Positions 61,882 through 64,000 of a stretch of 64,000 nucleotides of DNA are shown here, one piece after another. Every line of letters begins with the position of its first letter. Positions within the stretch are counted from its first letter, which is position 1. Source of the DNA: Spirochaetia bacterium (GTDB lineage: Bacteria > Spirochaetota > Spirochaetia > UBA9216); contig OZ223268.1 of assembly GCA_965140585.1 (NCBI GenBank), positions 133,221 through 197,220 of the forward strand. The letters run 5' to 3'. The notes under the pieces are model-generated. The model did not search any database and had not been told where the DNA came from. It saw nothing but the letters and a program-made list of their open reading frames with translations. Position numbers and translations under genes: made by a program.

Positions 61882-62976
61882 ATGAAGAAAATGAAAAAGT
61901 ACAGGAGAATCCTGTCTATTTGTATGGCTATGGCTCTTATAGTTGCGGCGATGCTTACAGGCTGCAGCAAAGATTCAGACGCAAAGACTGCAGATACAGG
62001 CGATGCAGAAAGCTGGTCACTTGATCTGACACTTGCCGCCCCTCATACCCCGCCACAGAATTATGCCCTTTGCGATGAAGCATATATTGAGCATATGAAA
62101 GAGGTTTCAGGCGGAAAAATCAATTTCACCTACTACCCCGGCGGCTCACTTATCGGTGGACGTGAAGCGGTAACTGAACTTGCAGCAGGAACAGCTGACA
62201 TGGGTTGGCCGAGATACGGATATTCACAGTACGGCTATAAGGTTAACAATGCCAGCCTTACCTGGATGTACAATCTCGATCCGATTAACGATGTAGAAGC
62301 GGAACTTGAAATATTCGGAGAGATTCTCAAGCAGGAACCCTTTGCTTCCGAGTTTGAAGGAATCGTCCCCTACGGTAAGAATGCAGGCGGAACATCAGCA
62401 TTTTTCTTTTCAAACAAACCTATTGAAAAACTTACTGATATAAAGGGAAAAACAATAAGAGCAAACGCAGCATGGGCAAAGGTTGTTACAGCCCTCGGCG
62501 GAGTACCGGTAAATATTCCAATGTCAGAACTTTATCTTGCACTTGAAAAAGGTACTGTAGACGGAACATTCGGACTTCCCGCAGAAGTACTCTCCAGTCA
62601 GAACTTCGGAGAAGTAGTTGACTACGGTATGGACATTATGATCAACCAGTCACCATATGTTGCATATGCTTTCAATGAAAAATCATGGAACAGCATGCCT
62701 GTTGATGCACAGGAAATGTTCAAAGAGGAAGAACCCTGGCTGGAAAGAGAAATCGTAGACAAAATTGTCTCACAGATTGAACCCTCCATTGAGTTCGGAA
62801 AAGAACATGGAATGAAATTCATCGATATTTCTGATGAAGACAAGCAGCTTCTGTTCAACATCATGGATAAAGTCATAAGAGAAGACTGTGCTGTTCTCGA
62901 TAAAGACGGTTACAAGGCCACAGAAATGTATGAACTGACACAGAGTTTAATAAAAGATTATTTAGCTTCAAAATAA
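61882..62976 (+). CDS. dctP: TRAP substrate-binding lipoprotein
   Basis: Lipobox LTGC; YPGGSL, DIKGKTIR (carboxylate-binding Arg), ELYLALEKGTVDG. Confidence 0.9.
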   Translation: MKKMKKYRRILSICMAMALIVAAMLTGCSKDSDAKTADTGDAESWSLDLTLAAPHTPPQNYALCDEAYIEHMKEVSGGKINFTYYPGGSLIGGREAVTELAAGTADMGWPRYGYSQYGYKVNNASLTWMYNLDPINDVEAELEIFGEILKQEPFASEFEGIVPYGKNAGGTSAFFFSNKPIEKLTDIKGKTIRANAAWAKVVTALGGVPVNIPMSELYLALEKGTVDGTFGLPAEVLSSQNFGEVVDYGMDIMINQSPYVAYAFNEKSWNSMPVDAQEMFKEEEPWLEREIVDKIVSQIEPSIEFGKEHGMKFIDISDEDKQLLFNIMDKVIREDCAVLDKDGYKATEMYELTQSLIKDYLASK

Positions 62977-62984
62977 TTCCCCCG

Positions 62985-63010
62985 GTCAGCCGGTTATCTG
63001 GCTGACTTTC
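62985..63010 (+). terminator. Hairpin after dctP (weak terminator or mRNA stabiliser)
   Basis: GTCAGCCGG-TTAT-CTGGCTGAC then TTTC. Confidence 0.5.
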
Positions 63011-63033
63011 AATTTCACAATAAGGAACTGCAT

Positions 63034-64000
63034 ATGAATAAAACAGCATTGGAAGGAATCAGGGTTATAGATCTAACCCAATTCGAAGCCGGAACCGTAT
63101 GTACAATGTCTCTGGCATGGATGGGCGCTGAGGTAATCAAGGTCGAACATCCAAAACGCGGTGCAGGCGGAAGATTTTCTTTCGAGGATCCCGCTAATGA
63201 TGCAAAGGGCTTTCTTATAATGAACGCCAACAAGAAATCCGTGACGCTTGATGTCAAATCAGATAAGGGTAAAGAAATCCTCAAAAAACTGATTGAGCAG
63301 GGCGATGTCCTGGTTGAGAACATGGGGCCCGGAACTATTGAACGTCTCGGTTTTGATTATGAGACAGTAAAAAGCATTAATCCCCGAATGATTTTCGCTC
63401 AGATTAAAGGCTTCGGCTCCGACAGCCCCTTTGCAAAATACCCCGCATTTGCACCAATCGGGCATGCCACTGGAGGAGCGGCAAGCATCACTGGAGATCC
63501 TGAAGGACCACCTATGCAGCCCGGTGTAAATGTCGGAGACAGTGGCCCCGGCTACCTCAGTGCAATGGGAATTGTAGCGGCCCTGTTTCAGCGGGAATCA
63601 ACCGGTGTCGGCCAGAAGATTGAAGTAACCATGCAGGAAACAATCATTGCTTTTGCCAGAGGTTCATGGGAGCAGCAGTACCGCACTGGTAAAGCTGCAC
63701 CGAGAGCAGGAAACGGAATGCCTCTTGATAATGTGGCTCCAGCAGGGATGTTTCCATGCAAGCCTTTCGGCCCCAATGATTATGTGCACATTTATATTTC
63801 AAGACATCCTGGAAGTAAGCAGTGGGATCTTCTATGTGAAGTAATAGAAAGGACTGATCTGATTTCTGATGAACGTATGGCTACACCGCATTCCAGGTAT
63901 AATCACCGTGAAGAACTCAACTCAATAATCGGTGAATGGACTTCAAAACGGACTAAAAATGAAGCCATGGATATTCTTGCTAAAGCCGGAATTCCTGCAG
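63034..64000 (+). CDS. Family III CoA-transferase (Frc-like), runs off window end
   Basis: Not in ORF track. Reads MNKTALEGIRVIDLTQFEAGTVCT...NANKKSVTLD...ENMGPG...NVGDSG, open to the window end; AAGGA SD. Confidence 0.9.
   Translation, partial: MNKTALEGIRVIDLTQFEAGTVCTMSLAWMGAEVIKVEHPKRGAGGRFSFEDPANDAKGFLIMNANKKSVTLDVKSDKGKEILKKLIEQGDVLVENMGPGTIERLGFDYETVKSINPRMIFAQIKGFGSDSPFAKYPAFAPIGHATGGAASITGDPEGPPMQPGVNVGDSGPGYLSAMGIVAALFQRESTGVGQKIEVTMQETIIAFARGSWEQQYRTGKAAPRAGNGMPLDNVAPAGMFPCKPFGPNDYVHIYISRHPGSKQWDLLCEVIERTDLISDERMATPHSRYNHREELNSIIGEWTSKRTKNEAMDILAKAGIPA

Noticed and set aside
31934-64000. Prophage or integrative element at tRNA-Arg
   Set aside because: No integrase, transposase, phage gene or direct repeat of the tRNA 3' end was seen in the window.
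1-64000. CRISPR array, rRNA or known riboswitch
   Set aside because: No regularly spaced direct repeats, cas genes, rRNA-like sequence or riboswitch consensus recognised by eye; an Rfam scan would be needed to exclude small RNAs.

Overview
Bacterial chromosomal window. Gene content suggests a free-living anaerobic spirochaete (inference from the UDPGP-family uridylyltransferase, CsgG/FlgO-PEGA protein and 63-aa L28). 1-32 kb is mostly intact housekeeping and signalling genes (thioredoxin, PPIase, PPi-PFK, RecQ, SOD, Nth, MntR, rpmB, two tRNAs, many c-di-GMP proteins). It also holds the most interesting locus: a HutP-family antiterminator gene, then a UAG-studded leader with an intrinsic terminator, then a family III CoA-transferase, the MadLM malonate transporter and a four-subunit Na+-pumping (methyl)malonyl-CoA decarboxylase. 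This looks like an ACP-independent malonate energy-conservation operon under co-opted hut-style RNA antitermination. After the tRNAs (32-64 kb) is an accessory region: a secreted WD40-PDZ-caspase with a divergent FlgO/DUF4384 partner; an ADP-ribosylhydrolase fused to a MavL-like macrodomain; a run of decaying genes with in-frame deletions and nonsense codons (AraC, transglutaminase, GH3, GH78, DUF3237); and a LysR/TRAP/CoA-transferase/2-hydroxyacyl-CoA dehydratase-like catabolic cluster that runs off the window end. All family calls come from motif recognition by eye; no searches were run.
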